DNA of 64,000 nt from Chloroflexota bacterium (GCA_040902225.1 JBBDXT010000002.1:30036-94035); one strand, 5' to 3'; numbered from the stretch's first letter, positions 36,717 through 46,036 are shown. The notes: generated by a model not told the origin, from the sequence alone. Numbers and translations are program-made.

Positions 36717-37583
36717 TCAGCGGCCTGCCGGGACGGCGGTCAGCTTGTCGTAGAGCGATCCGGCGTTCAGCGTCTGGATGTGCTCCATCATGTAGCCCTG
36801 GCCGACGTCGACCGGGTAGCGATCGGCGAAGTTCACCCGTGCGATCGTCTCCTCGCGTGTCCAGCCCTTGGCAACGGCGGCGGCGACGGCCGCCTTCCAT
36901 TCGAGCAGCACCGAGCGCTGCGTGTCGAGGTAGCGGGTGGTGGTGACCGGGCCGTGCCCTGGCACGAGGTGGTCCACGTCCAGCGCCTTGATCCGATCCA
37001 GCGCCTCGAGCCATTGCTCCACGTTCGAGGTCATGAGCCAGGTCTGGCACTCGTTGAAGACGGTGTCACCGGTGAAGACGACGCGCTCCTCCGGCACGTG
37101 GACGGCGAGCTGGCCGGGCGTGTGACCCGGCGTGTGGAGCAGCCGGAAGGTGTGGTCGCCGACCCGCAGGGTCACGTCGCCGGTGAACACGATCGTGCCC
37201 TTGTTCGGATCGGCATAGTAGGCGTCCCGCTCCGGGAACAGGGTGGCGCCATCGGGGTCATCGGTTGGGATGGCCTCCCTGGCGTACTCGAACGGGTCCA
37301 GGTCCCGACCGGGAACCATGAAGTTGTCGTACAGGCCCTGGTGGTTGACGACCGTGCCGGCGCCCTTGAAGAAGTAGTTGCCGAAGATGTGGTCGACGTG
37401 GTGCTCGGTGTTGATCAGATACCGGATCGGCCCCTTTGACTCCGCCTCCCGGCGCATCGCCACCGCCCGGGTGGGCAGCTGCGGCGTGTCGATGACGACG
37501 ACGCCATCGGTGGTGGTCACGTAGCTCGGATTGCAGCCGCGCTGGGTCGTGTCGGTGCAGACGTTGTCCGTCACGCGCTCCAT
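36717..37583 (-). CDS. MBL-fold metallo-hydrolase
   Basis: NTEHHVDHIFG (HxHxDH), LLHTPGHTPG, VPGHG. Confidence 0.85.
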   Translation of the reverse strand: MERVTDNVCTDTTQRGCNPSYVTTTDGVVVIDTPQLPTRAVAMRREAESKGPIRYLINTEHHVDHIFGNYFFKGAGTVVNHQGLYDNFMVPGRDLDPFEYAREAIPTDDPDGATLFPERDAYYADPNKGTIVFTGDVTLRVGDHTFRLLHTPGHTPGQLAVHVPEERVVFTGDTVFNECQTWLMTSNVEQWLEALDRIKALDVDHLVPGHGPVTTTRYLDTQRSVLLEWKAAVAAAVAKGWTREETIARVNFADRYPVDVGQGYMMEHIQTLNAGSLYDKLTAVPAGR

Positions 37584-37600
37584 GTGCCAGCTCCTCGTTG

Positions 37601-38431
37601 TTACTGCGTGGCGGTCAGCCCGCCATCGATGCCCAGGATCTGCCCCGTCACGAAGGCCGAGGCATCCGAGCAGAAGAAGATCGCCGCCCCTACCAGATCA
37701 TCCGTGCCGCCAACGCGGCCGAGCGGAATGCGCTTCACGATGTTGGCCTTGAACTCCGGATCGCCGAGCAGCATGGCGACCTGGGGGGTGTCGACGAAGG
37801 TCGGCGAGATGGCGTTCACGGTGATCCCGTGCTTCGCCCATTCGGTCGCCCATTGCCGCGTGAGAGAGCTGATGGCGCCCTTGGCCGCGACGTACGCGGA
37901 GTAGCCGGCGTTGATGCCCAGCGCGGCACGCACCGAGCTGATGTTCAACACCCGACCGCCGTGCCCGGCCGCGATCATGGCCCTGACCGCGGCCTGCGTT
38001 GGCACCAGGGTGCTGCGGACGTTCAGGTCGTAGATCCAGTCCCACGCCTCGGCCGGGTACTGCTCTGCGTCGAAGAGCACCTTGCCGGCGCCGCCGCCCA
38101 CGGCGTTCACGACGATGTCCACGCGGCCAAGCTGGTCCAGCACATGAGCCACCATCCGATTCGACTCGCCCGCGTTGGTCACGTCGGCCGCAAGCGCGAG
38201 GCAGGTCCCACCCTGCGCCCGAATCGGCGCCGCTGCCTCCTCCAGCCGCTCGCGCGAGCGGCCGACCACGGCGACCTGCGCCCCGGCGGCAGCGAGGGCC
38301 GCTGCGATGGCTGAGCCGATGGCTCCCCCGCCCCCCGGAATGAGGGCTACCCGCCCGTCGAGGCGAAAGGCGTCCAGCGGGTTCACAGCCTCTGGGTCAC
38401 GGCGCTGCAGGGGCCAGAGCGGCGGGCCCAT
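37601..38431 (-). CDS. SDR family oxidoreductase
   Basis: ALIPGGGGAIG, NAVG, catalytic YSAYVAAK. The start is ambiguous. ATG 38431 sits only ~10 nt from the operator/-10 (near-leaderless). GTG 38386 gives a more typical SDR N-terminus. Confidence 0.85.
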   Translation of the reverse strand: MGPPLWPLQRRDPEAVNPLDAFRLDGRVALIPGGGGAIGSAIAAALAAAGAQVAVVGRSRERLEEAAAPIRAQGGTCLALAADVTNAGESNRMVAHVLDQLGRVDIVVNAVGGGAGKVLFDAEQYPAEAWDWIYDLNVRSTLVPTQAAVRAMIAAGHGGRVLNISSVRAALGINAGYSAYVAAKGAISSLTRQWATEWAKHGITVNAISPTFVDTPQVAMLLGDPEFKANIVKRIPLGRVGGTDDLVGAAIFFCSDASAFVTGQILGIDGGLTATQ

Positions 38432-38440
38432 GGCTTATCA

Positions 38441-38479
38441 TCGATTATCGAGGATAGGGATTGTCCTTTATCCAGTCAA
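38441..38479 (-). promoter_or_regulatory. candidate promoter plus operator for the SDR-MBL-ADH operon
   Basis: The minus strand reads TTGACT (38479-38474), a 17-nt spacer, TATCCT (38456-38451), with TCGATAATCGA (38451-38441) sharing the last T of the -10. This is the same architecture as the E1 promoter. Confidence 0.55.
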
Positions 38480-38521
38480 CTCGAATCCGTCCCCTGGTCG
38501 ACGGGCCGTTCAGCCCCCGTG

Positions 38522-38602
38522 CCGGTGACGAAGAGCACGGGATTTCGGAGTCTTGACTGGCCTAACAGGAGCGCCTATCGTCGATCGACAATCGATTATC
38601 GA
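38522..38602 (+). promoter_or_regulatory. promoter cassette B: conserved 17-mer, -35, -10 and TCGA-array operator
   Basis: CCGGTGACGAAGAGCAC (38522-38538), TTGACT (38553-38558), 17-nt spacer, TATCGT (38576-38581), TCGATCGACAATCGATTATCGA ending at 38602. It lies upstream of the ABC importer operon. Confidence 0.6.
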
Positions 38603-38792
38603 GGACCCGAGCTGCCCCCGTCCCGAGCCAGTCGGGTCGATAGCCCGCAGCGTGGAGAGATGTCCTGTGCCGAGGCCGACACCCATCGGGATGGGGAGAG
38701 AGCAGGACGCTGGACGAACGACGACGAAACGTCCGTACGTGTGCACACCTAATGGCGTGACGCCACCCCGCCCCAGGCAAGGGTGACGGCTG

Positions 38793-39665
38793 ATGGACTT
38801 CGTGATCCAGGCCCTGATCATCGGCGTCACCGAGCACGCACCGCTCGTGCTGGCGGCGATCGGCTTCGCGCTGCTCTACCGCCTCACCGGCCTTATCAAC
38901 GTGGCGTATTCCGAGACGATCACGCTTGGCGCGTACTTCGGCGTGTGGGCCAACACGACCTTCGGCCTCGACTTCTTCACCGTCCTGGTGCCCGCGGGAC
39001 TGATGGCCGGCCTCGTCAGCGTCGCGACATACCTGCTCATCTTCCGGGTGGCGAAGCAGCGCAAAGTGGGCGTGCTGGAGATGATCATCATCTCCTTCGG
39101 GCTGTCGATCTTCCTGCGGCATGGGCTGCAATTCGTCTTCGGCTACCCGGTGCGCTTCTTCGACGTACCGCCACCCGAGACCATCCGGATCCTCGGCGTG
39201 GGGGTGTCATCGTTCCGCCTCCTCGCCTTCGCCAGCCTCGTCGTGCTGGCACTGGCGATCTACTGGTTCATCCAGCGATCCCGCTACGGCCTCCAGATCC
39301 GCGCGCTTGCCAGCGACGAAGAGCTGGCGCAGGTGAGCGGGATTCGGCCGCTCGCCGTCACCACCCTCATCTGGTTCATCGCCGGCTTCGCCGGCGGGCT
39401 GGCGGGCGCGTTCTACGGCGTCGCGTCGTCCGTCGCGCCACTCCTCGGCTGGCGGCAGTTCCTCTTCGTCCTGCTCGTCGTCCTGGTCGGCGGCACCTGG
39501 GGGCTGCGCGGGGTCATTGCCGTGGGCGTGGCAACCGGCGTGGCGCTGGCCGCCATGTCGCTGCAGTTCGGCCAGGTGCTGTACGCCCAGCTGGCCCTGA
39601 TCGTCGCCTTCCTGGTGATCCTGAAGTGGCGCGGGCGCCGGCTCACCGAGACGGCGAAGGTGTAA
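38793..39665 (+). CDS. branched-chain-amino-acid-type (HAAT family) ABC permease, LivH-like
   Basis: 290 aa polytopic protein, MDFVIQALIIGVTEHAPLVLAAIGFALLYRLTGLINVAY... is typical of LivH-family permeases. Confidence 0.85.
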   Translation: MDFVIQALIIGVTEHAPLVLAAIGFALLYRLTGLINVAYSETITLGAYFGVWANTTFGLDFFTVLVPAGLMAGLVSVATYLLIFRVAKQRKVGVLEMIIISFGLSIFLRHGLQFVFGYPVRFFDVPPPETIRILGVGVSSFRLLAFASLVVLALAIYWFIQRSRYGLQIRALASDEELAQVSGIRPLAVTTLIWFIAGFAGGLAGAFYGVASSVAPLLGWRQFLFVLLVVLVGGTWGLRGVIAVGVATGVALAAMSLQFGQVLYAQLALIVAFLVILKWRGRRLTETAKV

Positions 39666-39669
39666 TGAC

Positions 39670-40620
39670 ATGACCCTCGACTGGCTCGACGCGTTCCTCA
39701 TCTCTGGCCTGTTCGAGGTCGTGATGGTGATCGGTCTCGGGCTGCTGCTCCATCTCGAGCTCGGATTGGCGCGGATCGCCAACTTCGGTGTCGTCGGCTT
39801 CTGGGGCGTGGGGATGTACGCCTTCGGCGTGCTCTACGTGCAGGTGGACTGGCCATTCGGCGATCCGCTGCAGTTCCTGGTCTGCGCGGCCATCGCGACG
39901 ATCGTCGCGGGGCTCTGCGGCCTCCTGGTCGGATGGCTGATCGCCGACCTCGACACCGACGGGGTGCTGGTCGGGACGCTCGGGTTCGCCGCAGCCGTGC
40001 TCATCCTGGCGACCACGCAGCAGGACCTCACCGGCGGCGCGCTGGGAATGGGCGGTCTTCGGTTCCCCTACGACATCGGCAGCGTCAAGGCCAACGAGCT
40101 GCTGTGGCTGGTCATCACCGCCGTCGTGGTCGTCGCGATCCTCGTCTTCGTGTGGCGGGTGCACCGCTCGCCGTACGGGCGCCTGCTAATCGCGGTCGGC
40201 AGCAACGAGCCGCTGGCGCGCAGCCTGGGGAAGCCGACCTACCGCGCAAAGGTCTGGCTGTTCGCCATCGCGTCGGCCGGGATGGGGCTGCTCGGCGCCA
40301 TGTACGGGGTAAATGTGCGCTTCCTGGAGATCTCCAACCTCGGCGTGGATATCACCCTCGCCGCCATGGTGGGGCTGGTGCTGGGAGGCACACTGCGGGT
40401 TTGGGGGGCAGTCGTCGGGGTGGTTCTCAGCGTGGGCCTGTTCGACATCGTGATCCAGTCGTACATCCCCTTCCCCCGCGAGTGGTACACGCAGGCCATC
40501 CCCGTTCTTAGGGAGGCCGTATTTGGAGCCACCCTGATCGGCGTCCTGCTGTTCCGGCCGCTGGGCGTGCTCGGCGACATGCGGCGCGACAGGTTGATGA
40601 GGAAGATCCATGGTCGCTGA
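39670..40620 (+). CDS. HAAT family ABC permease, LivM-like
   Basis: 316 aa polytopic protein following the LivH-like gene. Contains the LivM-like GGxxG-rich loop LTGGALGMGGL. Confidence 0.85.
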   Translation: MTLDWLDAFLISGLFEVVMVIGLGLLLHLELGLARIANFGVVGFWGVGMYAFGVLYVQVDWPFGDPLQFLVCAAIATIVAGLCGLLVGWLIADLDTDGVLVGTLGFAAAVLILATTQQDLTGGALGMGGLRFPYDIGSVKANELLWLVITAVVVVAILVFVWRVHRSPYGRLLIAVGSNEPLARSLGKPTYRAKVWLFAIASAGMGLLGAMYGVNVRFLEISNLGVDITLAAMVGLVLGGTLRVWGAVVGVVLSVGLFDIVIQSYIPFPREWYTQAIPVLREAVFGATLIGVLLFRPLGVLGDMRRDRLMRKIHGR

Positions 40621-41404
40621 CGTGGTTTCGGCCGGCGCGGTCACCCGTCCCCAGATCCGGATCCGGGGCGCCGTCAAGAGCTTCTCCGGTCGGGTCGTGG
40701 TCGACGTCGACGATCTCGTCCTGGGCGACCAGCCCATCGAGGGGCTCATCGGTCCGAACGGCGCCGGCAAGACGACCCTGATGCGCATGGTCATGCACTC
40801 GATCCCGCTCGACCGCGGCACGGTATCTCTCGTCACGAGCGGAGGCGCGGAGGTGGTGCTCTCGGAACTGCCGGCCTATCGGATGGCGCACCACGGCGTG
40901 GTCAAAAGCAACCAGGTCATCATGGACTTCGACAAGCTGACCATCTGGGATTCACTCCTGCTGGCAGTCACCGAGGAGTCGTACGAGCGGCCGCATCGCA
41001 TCTTCAGCGAGCGGGTCGCATTCGCCCGCCACGAGGAGGATATGCGCAGGCTCCTGGACTACTTCGGGTTCACCGACGCCACGAGCTTCGCGAGGTCGGC
41101 AGGCCAGAAGAAGCTGCTGGACATCGTCCGCTGCCTGCTCCTCAGGCCCACGTTCCTGCTGCTCGACGAGCCGACGGCCGGCCTTCCCGAGGAGCTCACG
41201 GAGAAGGTGATGACCATCATCAGGGAGCTTGCCGCCGGCGGAACCGCGGTGATCATCGTGGAGCACGACCTCAACGTCATCTGGAACCTCTGCGACGAGG
41301 TCGCCTTCATGGCCGAGGGCAGCGTCATCTTGAAGGGCGACCCGCAGACCATTCGCGAGCACCGCACCGTCGTCGAGAAGTACCTCGGAGAGGGCCATGT
41401 CTGA
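40610..41404 (+). CDS. HAAT family ABC ATP-binding protein, LivG-like
   Basis: Walker A GPNGAGKTTL. Degenerate signature SAGQKKLL. Walker B LLLDEPTAGL. Confidence 0.85.
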   Translation: MVADVVSAGAVTRPQIRIRGAVKSFSGRVVVDVDDLVLGDQPIEGLIGPNGAGKTTLMRMVMHSIPLDRGTVSLVTSGGAEVVLSELPAYRMAHHGVVKSNQVIMDFDKLTIWDSLLLAVTEESYERPHRIFSERVAFARHEEDMRRLLDYFGFTDATSFARSAGQKKLLDIVRCLLLRPTFLLLDEPTAGLPEELTEKVMTIIRELAAGGTAVIIVEHDLNVIWNLCDEVAFMAEGSVILKGDPQTIREHRTVVEKYLGEGHV

Positions 41405-42113
41405 GACGACCGGACCGATGGCTCTCGAGGCAGAGGGCCTGCGCAGCGGCTATGACGCGGTCACTGTTCTGAAGAGCCTCGATCTCACCGTCCGGAACGA
41501 GATCTTCGCCGTGCTCGGGGCCAACGGCGCAGGGAAGACCACGCTGCTGGCGACCCTGGCCCGCCTCATCCCGCTCATGGCGGGCACGATCCGCTTCCTG
41601 GGCGAGGATGTGTCCACGCTGCCGCCCTACGAGACGGCCAGCCGCGGCATGGGCTACGTGCCGCAGGAGAATGGCACCTTCCCGGACCTCACCGTCCTCG
41701 AGAACCTGAGCGTGGGCGGCATGATCGGCGAACGCTCGCGCGACGACCGGATGGCCGAGGTGTTCGAGCTGTTCCCCGACCTCCGGACCAAGCAGGCGCA
41801 GACGGCCGGGACCCTCAGCGGCGGCGAGTCGCGTATGGTGGCCTGCGGGCGGGCCCTCATGCAGGATCCGCGGCTCCTGCTCCTCGACGAGCCCACCGCG
41901 GGACTGTCCCCACTCTACGTCGACATGTTCTTCGAGAAAATCAGGGAGATCCACCAGACCCGCGGGGTCGCCATCATCCTGGCCGAGCAGAACGCCACGA
42001 AGGCGCTTGAGGTCGCGGACCGGGTGATGGTGCTGACCCTTGGCAAGGCGTACGCAGTGATGGACGCCGCAGACCTGACCACGGAGCAGCTCAAGGAGGC
42101 ATACCGCATCTGA
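41397..42113 (+). CDS. HAAT family ABC ATP-binding protein, LivF-like
   Basis: GANGAGKTTLL, LSGGESRMVACGRAL, LLLLDEPTAGLSP. Confidence 0.9.
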   Translation: MSETTGPMALEAEGLRSGYDAVTVLKSLDLTVRNEIFAVLGANGAGKTTLLATLARLIPLMAGTIRFLGEDVSTLPPYETASRGMGYVPQENGTFPDLTVLENLSVGGMIGERSRDDRMAEVFELFPDLRTKQAQTAGTLSGGESRMVACGRALMQDPRLLLLDEPTAGLSPLYVDMFFEKIREIHQTRGVAIILAEQNATKALEVADRVMVLTLGKAYAVMDAADLTTEQLKEAYRI

Positions 42114-42151
42114 TGACCCACCCATTGGCGCAGGACACAGGAGGAGGAACA

Positions 42152-43534
42152 GTGATTATCCGTAGCATCAGGCAGGGGCGAATAGTGGCCGTCCTCATGG
42201 CGCTCGCCCTCCTCGCCGCCGCGTGCGGCACCGGCACCTCGCCCGGGGCGTCGGCCGATGGCTCGACCGCGCCGGCGCCGTCGGTGTCGGACGAGCCGGT
42301 TGCGGTCTGCGAGCTGGCCTACTACACGGGCGAGTTCGGGGCCTTCGGCACGTCGCTCACGGAGGACGTGGTCTTCCCGGTCGAAGAGGTGATCAACCTC
42401 GACCCGCCCCTGGGCCGCTCGTGGGAGCTCTTCCACGAAGACCTCGGGACGGTCGGGGAGGCCCAGGCGGCACGTACCTGCCTCGAGCAGCACGGTGCCG
42501 AGATCGTTGTGAGCATGGCCCACGGCTACAGGACCTACCGCGACTTCATGATGGAGTGGTGGGAGGAGAATGACTCGCCACTTGTGCCGTCGGTCCACGG
42601 CGGCGCTGTCCCCGGTAACCTCGGAGGCAAGGCCGCAGAGCCGATCTTCCGGGCACAGGGCCTCGACGAGGCGCTGGGCATGTCCGGCATCCTGTACGCG
42701 GAGGAGATCGGGGCCGAGTCGGTCGTGGTCTTCGCCACCCAGGTCGAGGGCTTCCAATTGGCGGCGAACGCCGCCGAGAACGCCGCAGAGGCGGTGGGCA
42801 TCGAGGTGCTCGCGCGCATCGACGTCCCTGCCGAGCAGCCCTCCTACGGGGCCGAGGCCCAGCGCATCGCCGCCCTGGCACCGGACGCCGTTATCGTCCA
42901 GGCCGGATCAGTAGAGTCTGCTTCGCTCATCAAGCAGGCGGCCGAGGCCGGCCTGTCGCTTAACTGGATCGGTGAGACCGGCTGGATCCAGACGGAGTTC
43001 ATGAATACGCTGGGCGCCGCCGCGATCGCCTCGCAGGAGGCGATCGGCTTCGCGGCCTTCTCGTACAACGACACCACCCCGGCCTGGGAGTTCTTCTCCG
43101 AGCTGTGGGAGAGCACGGCCCACACCGCGCCAGAGGACGCGGACCCGACGGGCCTGTACCACTTCTCGACGTACGACCTCCTCATCCAGACGGCACTCGC
43201 CGTCGAGTACGGGGGCTCGTACCTGGCAAGTGACTGGGCGCCGGCGATGCACGAGGTCGGCGAGGCACCGGGAGAGGTGTGCTACACGTACGCCGATTGC
43301 CTGGCCCTCATCCGCGACGGCGAGGACATCGACTACGAGGGCATCACCGGCACCGGCACGTACACCGATGGCGGCGTGAACCACGTCGTCCAGGCGTACA
43401 CCCCGTTCAATACGGACGGAACAGCCGGCACGCCCGTGATCCTCGATGCCGAGCGTGCGCTCGAGATCATCGAGCAGATCGCTGTTACGGCGGAGTGCAC
43501 GCCCGAAGATCCACCCAACGAGTGTGAGTGGTAG
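42152..43534 (+). CDS. ABC substrate-binding lipoprotein (Leu/Ile/Val-binding protein family-like)
   Basis: I prefer GTG 42152 (SD AGGAGGAGG 4 nt upstream) within ORF 42113..43534. Lipobox LLAAAC. Periplasmic-binding-protein-like alternation of beta/alpha segments. Confidence 0.8.
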   Translation: MIIRSIRQGRIVAVLMALALLAAACGTGTSPGASADGSTAPAPSVSDEPVAVCELAYYTGEFGAFGTSLTEDVVFPVEEVINLDPPLGRSWELFHEDLGTVGEAQAARTCLEQHGAEIVVSMAHGYRTYRDFMMEWWEENDSPLVPSVHGGAVPGNLGGKAAEPIFRAQGLDEALGMSGILYAEEIGAESVVVFATQVEGFQLAANAAENAAEAVGIEVLARIDVPAEQPSYGAEAQRIAALAPDAVIVQAGSVESASLIKQAAEAGLSLNWIGETGWIQTEFMNTLGAAAIASQEAIGFAAFSYNDTTPAWEFFSELWESTAHTAPEDADPTGLYHFSTYDLLIQTALAVEYGGSYLASDWAPAMHEVGEAPGEVCYTYADCLALIRDGEDIDYEGITGTGTYTDGGVNHVVQAYTPFNTDGTAGTPVILDAERALEIIEQIAVTAECTPEDPPNECEW

Positions 43535-43566
43535 CGGGCGAGAGCCCATCTGACGCGTTCACGTCG

Positions 43567-43598
43567 AAGGTGGTCGGACCTCCGGGTCCGGCCACCTT
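43567..43598. terminator. GC-rich hairpin between convergent genes (binding protein / acyl-CoA dehydrogenase)
   Basis: AAGGTGGTCGGACC tccg GGTCCGGCCACCTT gives a 14-bp stem with one G-U pair. No clear U-tract on either strand. Confidence 0.4.
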
Positions 43599-43602
43599 TC
43601 TG

Positions 43603-44754
43603 TCACATCGCGCGCACGCCGAGCAGGTTGCGGGCGATGACCATGCGCTGGATCTCGCTGGTTCCTTCGCCGATCTCGGTCAGCTTCGCGTCGCGCAGAT
43701 AGCGCTCGACCCGATACTCGGTGATGTAGCCGTAGCCGCCGTGCACCTGCACGGCGTCGTTGGTCACCTGGCGCGCCACCTCGCTGGCGAAGAGCTTGGC
43801 CATGGCGGCCTCGGTCGAGTAGGGCTCGCCGCTGTCCTTCAGCCAGGCGGCGCGGTAGACCATCAGGCGCGCCGCGTCGATCTGGGTCGCCATGTCGGCG
43901 ATCTTGAAGGCGATCCCCTGGAACGAGGCGATCGGCCGGCCGAACTGCTGCCGTTCCCTGGCGTACGCGGAGGCGGCCTCGTACGCGGCCTGGGCGAGGC
44001 CAAGGGCCATGGCGGCGATCCCGATTCGGCCCCCATCGAGGGTCTTCAGGAAGAGCCGATCCCCGTCGCCCTCCTCTCCCAGCAGGTTCTCGGCGGGGAT
44101 CCGGCACTCGTCGAACAGCAGCTCGCCGGTGTTGCTCGCATGGAGGCCCATCTTCTCCTCCATGCGACCGATCGAGAAGCCCGGCGTGCCCGCCTCGACG
44201 ATGAAGGCGCTGATCTTGCCGGAGTCCGCATTCCGATCCGTGACAGCGGTGACGATGTAGATCTCCGCCACTCCGGCATTGGTGATGAAGCGCTTGCTTC
44301 CGGTCAGCACCCAGCTGTCGCCATCGCGATGTGCCCGCGTCCGCGTCCCGCGCGAGTCCGAGCCGGCTCCCGCCTCGGTCAGCCCGTAGGCGCCCAGCTT
44401 GGCGCCACTTGCCAGCGGGCGCAAAAAGTGCTCCTTCTGCTCCGGCGTGCCGGCGGTGAATATTGGTGCGCAGCCGAGGCTGGTGTGCGCGCTGACGATG
44501 ATCCCCACACTGCCGGACACGCGCGACAGCTCCTCGATGGTGATCGCGTAGGCCAGCGAGTCGAGCCCCGTGCCGCCGACCTCCTCGGGGTAGGGCACGC
44601 CGAGCAGCCCGAGTCCCGCTGCCTTGCGGATGATCTCGCTGGGGAACTCGCCCGCGCGCTCCATCTCATCGGCCACGGGAGCGATCTCGCGCTCGGCGAA
44701 GTCGCGAACGGTGCGCCGAATCTCGACATGCGGCGCTGAGAGGGCAAAGTCCAT
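43603..44754 (-). CDS. acyl-CoA dehydrogenase
   Basis: Start ATG 44754 (MDFALSAPHVEIRRTVRDFAEREI). GLTEAGAGSD, QVHGGYGYITEYRVERYLRDAKL. The N-terminal extension of ORF 43603..45066 is rejected. Confidence 0.9.
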   Translation of the reverse strand: MDFALSAPHVEIRRTVRDFAEREIAPVADEMERAGEFPSEIIRKAAGLGLLGVPYPEEVGGTGLDSLAYAITIEELSRVSGSVGIIVSAHTSLGCAPIFTAGTPEQKEHFLRPLASGAKLGAYGLTEAGAGSDSRGTRTRAHRDGDSWVLTGSKRFITNAGVAEIYIVTAVTDRNADSGKISAFIVEAGTPGFSIGRMEEKMGLHASNTGELLFDECRIPAENLLGEEGDGDRLFLKTLDGGRIGIAAMALGLAQAAYEAASAYARERQQFGRPIASFQGIAFKIADMATQIDAARLMVYRAAWLKDSGEPYSTEAAMAKLFASEVARQVTNDAVQVHGGYGYITEYRVERYLRDAKLTEIGEGTSEIQRMVIARNLLGVRAM

Positions 44755-44783
44755 CGGTCGGGCGAGTCTAGCAGCCCGGCTCG

Positions 44784-44814
44784 TTGACACCGCCGCGCGG
44801 CACGGTCCTATACT
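44784..44814 (+). promoter_or_regulatory. candidate sigma70-type promoter of the pot operon
   Basis: TTGACA (44784-44789) and TATACT (44809-44814), near-consensus hexamers in GC-rich DNA. The spacer is 19 nt, which is longer than optimal. Confidence 0.4.
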
Positions 44815-44878
44815 CCGGTCTTGCCCGCAGGGCCACCTTCCCCGATCAGGATCCCGATATTCACACGAGGGACCCCGG

Positions 44879-46036
44879 TTGCCGCAGAGCGTCGACGTTC
44901 GGCTCGACCACATCACGAAGCGCTTCCACGAGGTCGTGGCGGTGGACGACCTGTCGCTGGAGGTCGTTCGGGGCGAGTTCTTCTCGCTGCTCGGCCCATC
45001 CGGCTGCGGCAAGACGACCACCCTGCGCATGATCGGCGGCTTCGAGGAGGCGACCTCCGGCACCATCTACCTCGGCGACGCCGATGTCACGGGCCTGCCG
45101 CCATTCAAGCGCGACGTGAACACGGTCTTCCAGAACTACGCGCTCTTCCCGCATCTGTCCGTCTTCGAGAACGTCGCGTTCGGACTCCGCCGGCGGAAGG
45201 TGGCCGCCAGCGAGATCGCAAACCAGGTCGGCGCGATGCTGGAGCTGGTCGAGCTGCCCGGCTACGAGGCTCGCAAGCCATCCCAGCTCTCGGGCGGGCA
45301 GCAGCAGCGGGTCGCGCTCGCGCGCGCGCTCATCAACCGCCCGCGCGTCCTGCTCCTCGATGAGCCGCTCGGCGCGCTCGACCTGAAGCTGCGCAAGCAG
45401 ATGCAGCTCGAGCTGAAGCGGATCCAGACCGAGGTCGGGATCACCTTCATCTACGTCACCCATGACCAGGAAGAGGCGATGACCATGTCCGACCGGATCG
45501 CGGTCATGCGCGTCGGCCGGATCGAGCAGCTCGGCAACCCCGAGCAGCTGTACGAGCGGCCGCGCACCGCCTTCGTGGCCGGCTTCCTGGGCGTCTCGAA
45601 CCTCCTCGAGGGCGACGTCGCCGGCGCCGACGGCTCGCTCGTGACCATCAAGCTTCGCGACGGGACGCTGCTGAGGGCCCCCGGCGAAGGCGTGCCGACC
45701 AGCGGACCGGTACGGCTCGGCGTCAGACCGGAGAAGCTGCGCGTCGATGCTCGCGCCGACGCCGGTGCCAGCAACGGCCTGAACGTGCTGAGCGGGACCG
45801 TCCTCGATGCCAGCTACATCGGGGTGAGCACCCAGTATCTCGTGCAGACGGCCGAGGGGCATCGGCTGACGGTGTATGCCCAGAACCTCGACACCGCGGG
45901 GGCCGGCGAACTGCTGGCCGGCGGCCAGCGGGTCCAAATGACCTGGAAGCCACAGCACACGTTCGTGATCAGCGGCCCGGCTGAGCATGTCGCCGGCGAT
46001 CCGCACACGTCCGAAGAAGGAGAGACCGATGAGTGA
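44879..46036 (+). CDS. potA: spermidine/putrescine-type ABC ATP-binding protein
   Basis: GPSGCGKTTTL, LSGGQQQRVALARAL, LLLDEPLGALD, C-terminal TOBE-like region. Start tentatively TTG 44879 (GAGGGA upstream). Confidence 0.85.
   Translation: MPQSVDVRLDHITKRFHEVVAVDDLSLEVVRGEFFSLLGPSGCGKTTTLRMIGGFEEATSGTIYLGDADVTGLPPFKRDVNTVFQNYALFPHLSVFENVAFGLRRRKVAASEIANQVGAMLELVELPGYEARKPSQLSGGQQQRVALARALINRPRVLLLDEPLGALDLKLRKQMQLELKRIQTEVGITFIYVTHDQEEAMTMSDRIAVMRVGRIEQLGNPEQLYERPRTAFVAGFLGVSNLLEGDVAGADGSLVTIKLRDGTLLRAPGEGVPTSGPVRLGVRPEKLRVDARADAGASNGLNVLSGTVLDASYIGVSTQYLVQTAEGHRLTVYAQNLDTAGAGELLAGGQRVQMTWKPQHTFVISGPAEHVAGDPHTSEEGETDE

Noticed and set aside
19862-43534. Whether the palindrome-marked block is a horizontally acquired island or mobile element.
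   Set aside because: No integrase, transposase, flanking tRNA or direct repeats are present, and I see no obvious compositional break apart from the short AT-enriched promoter patches.
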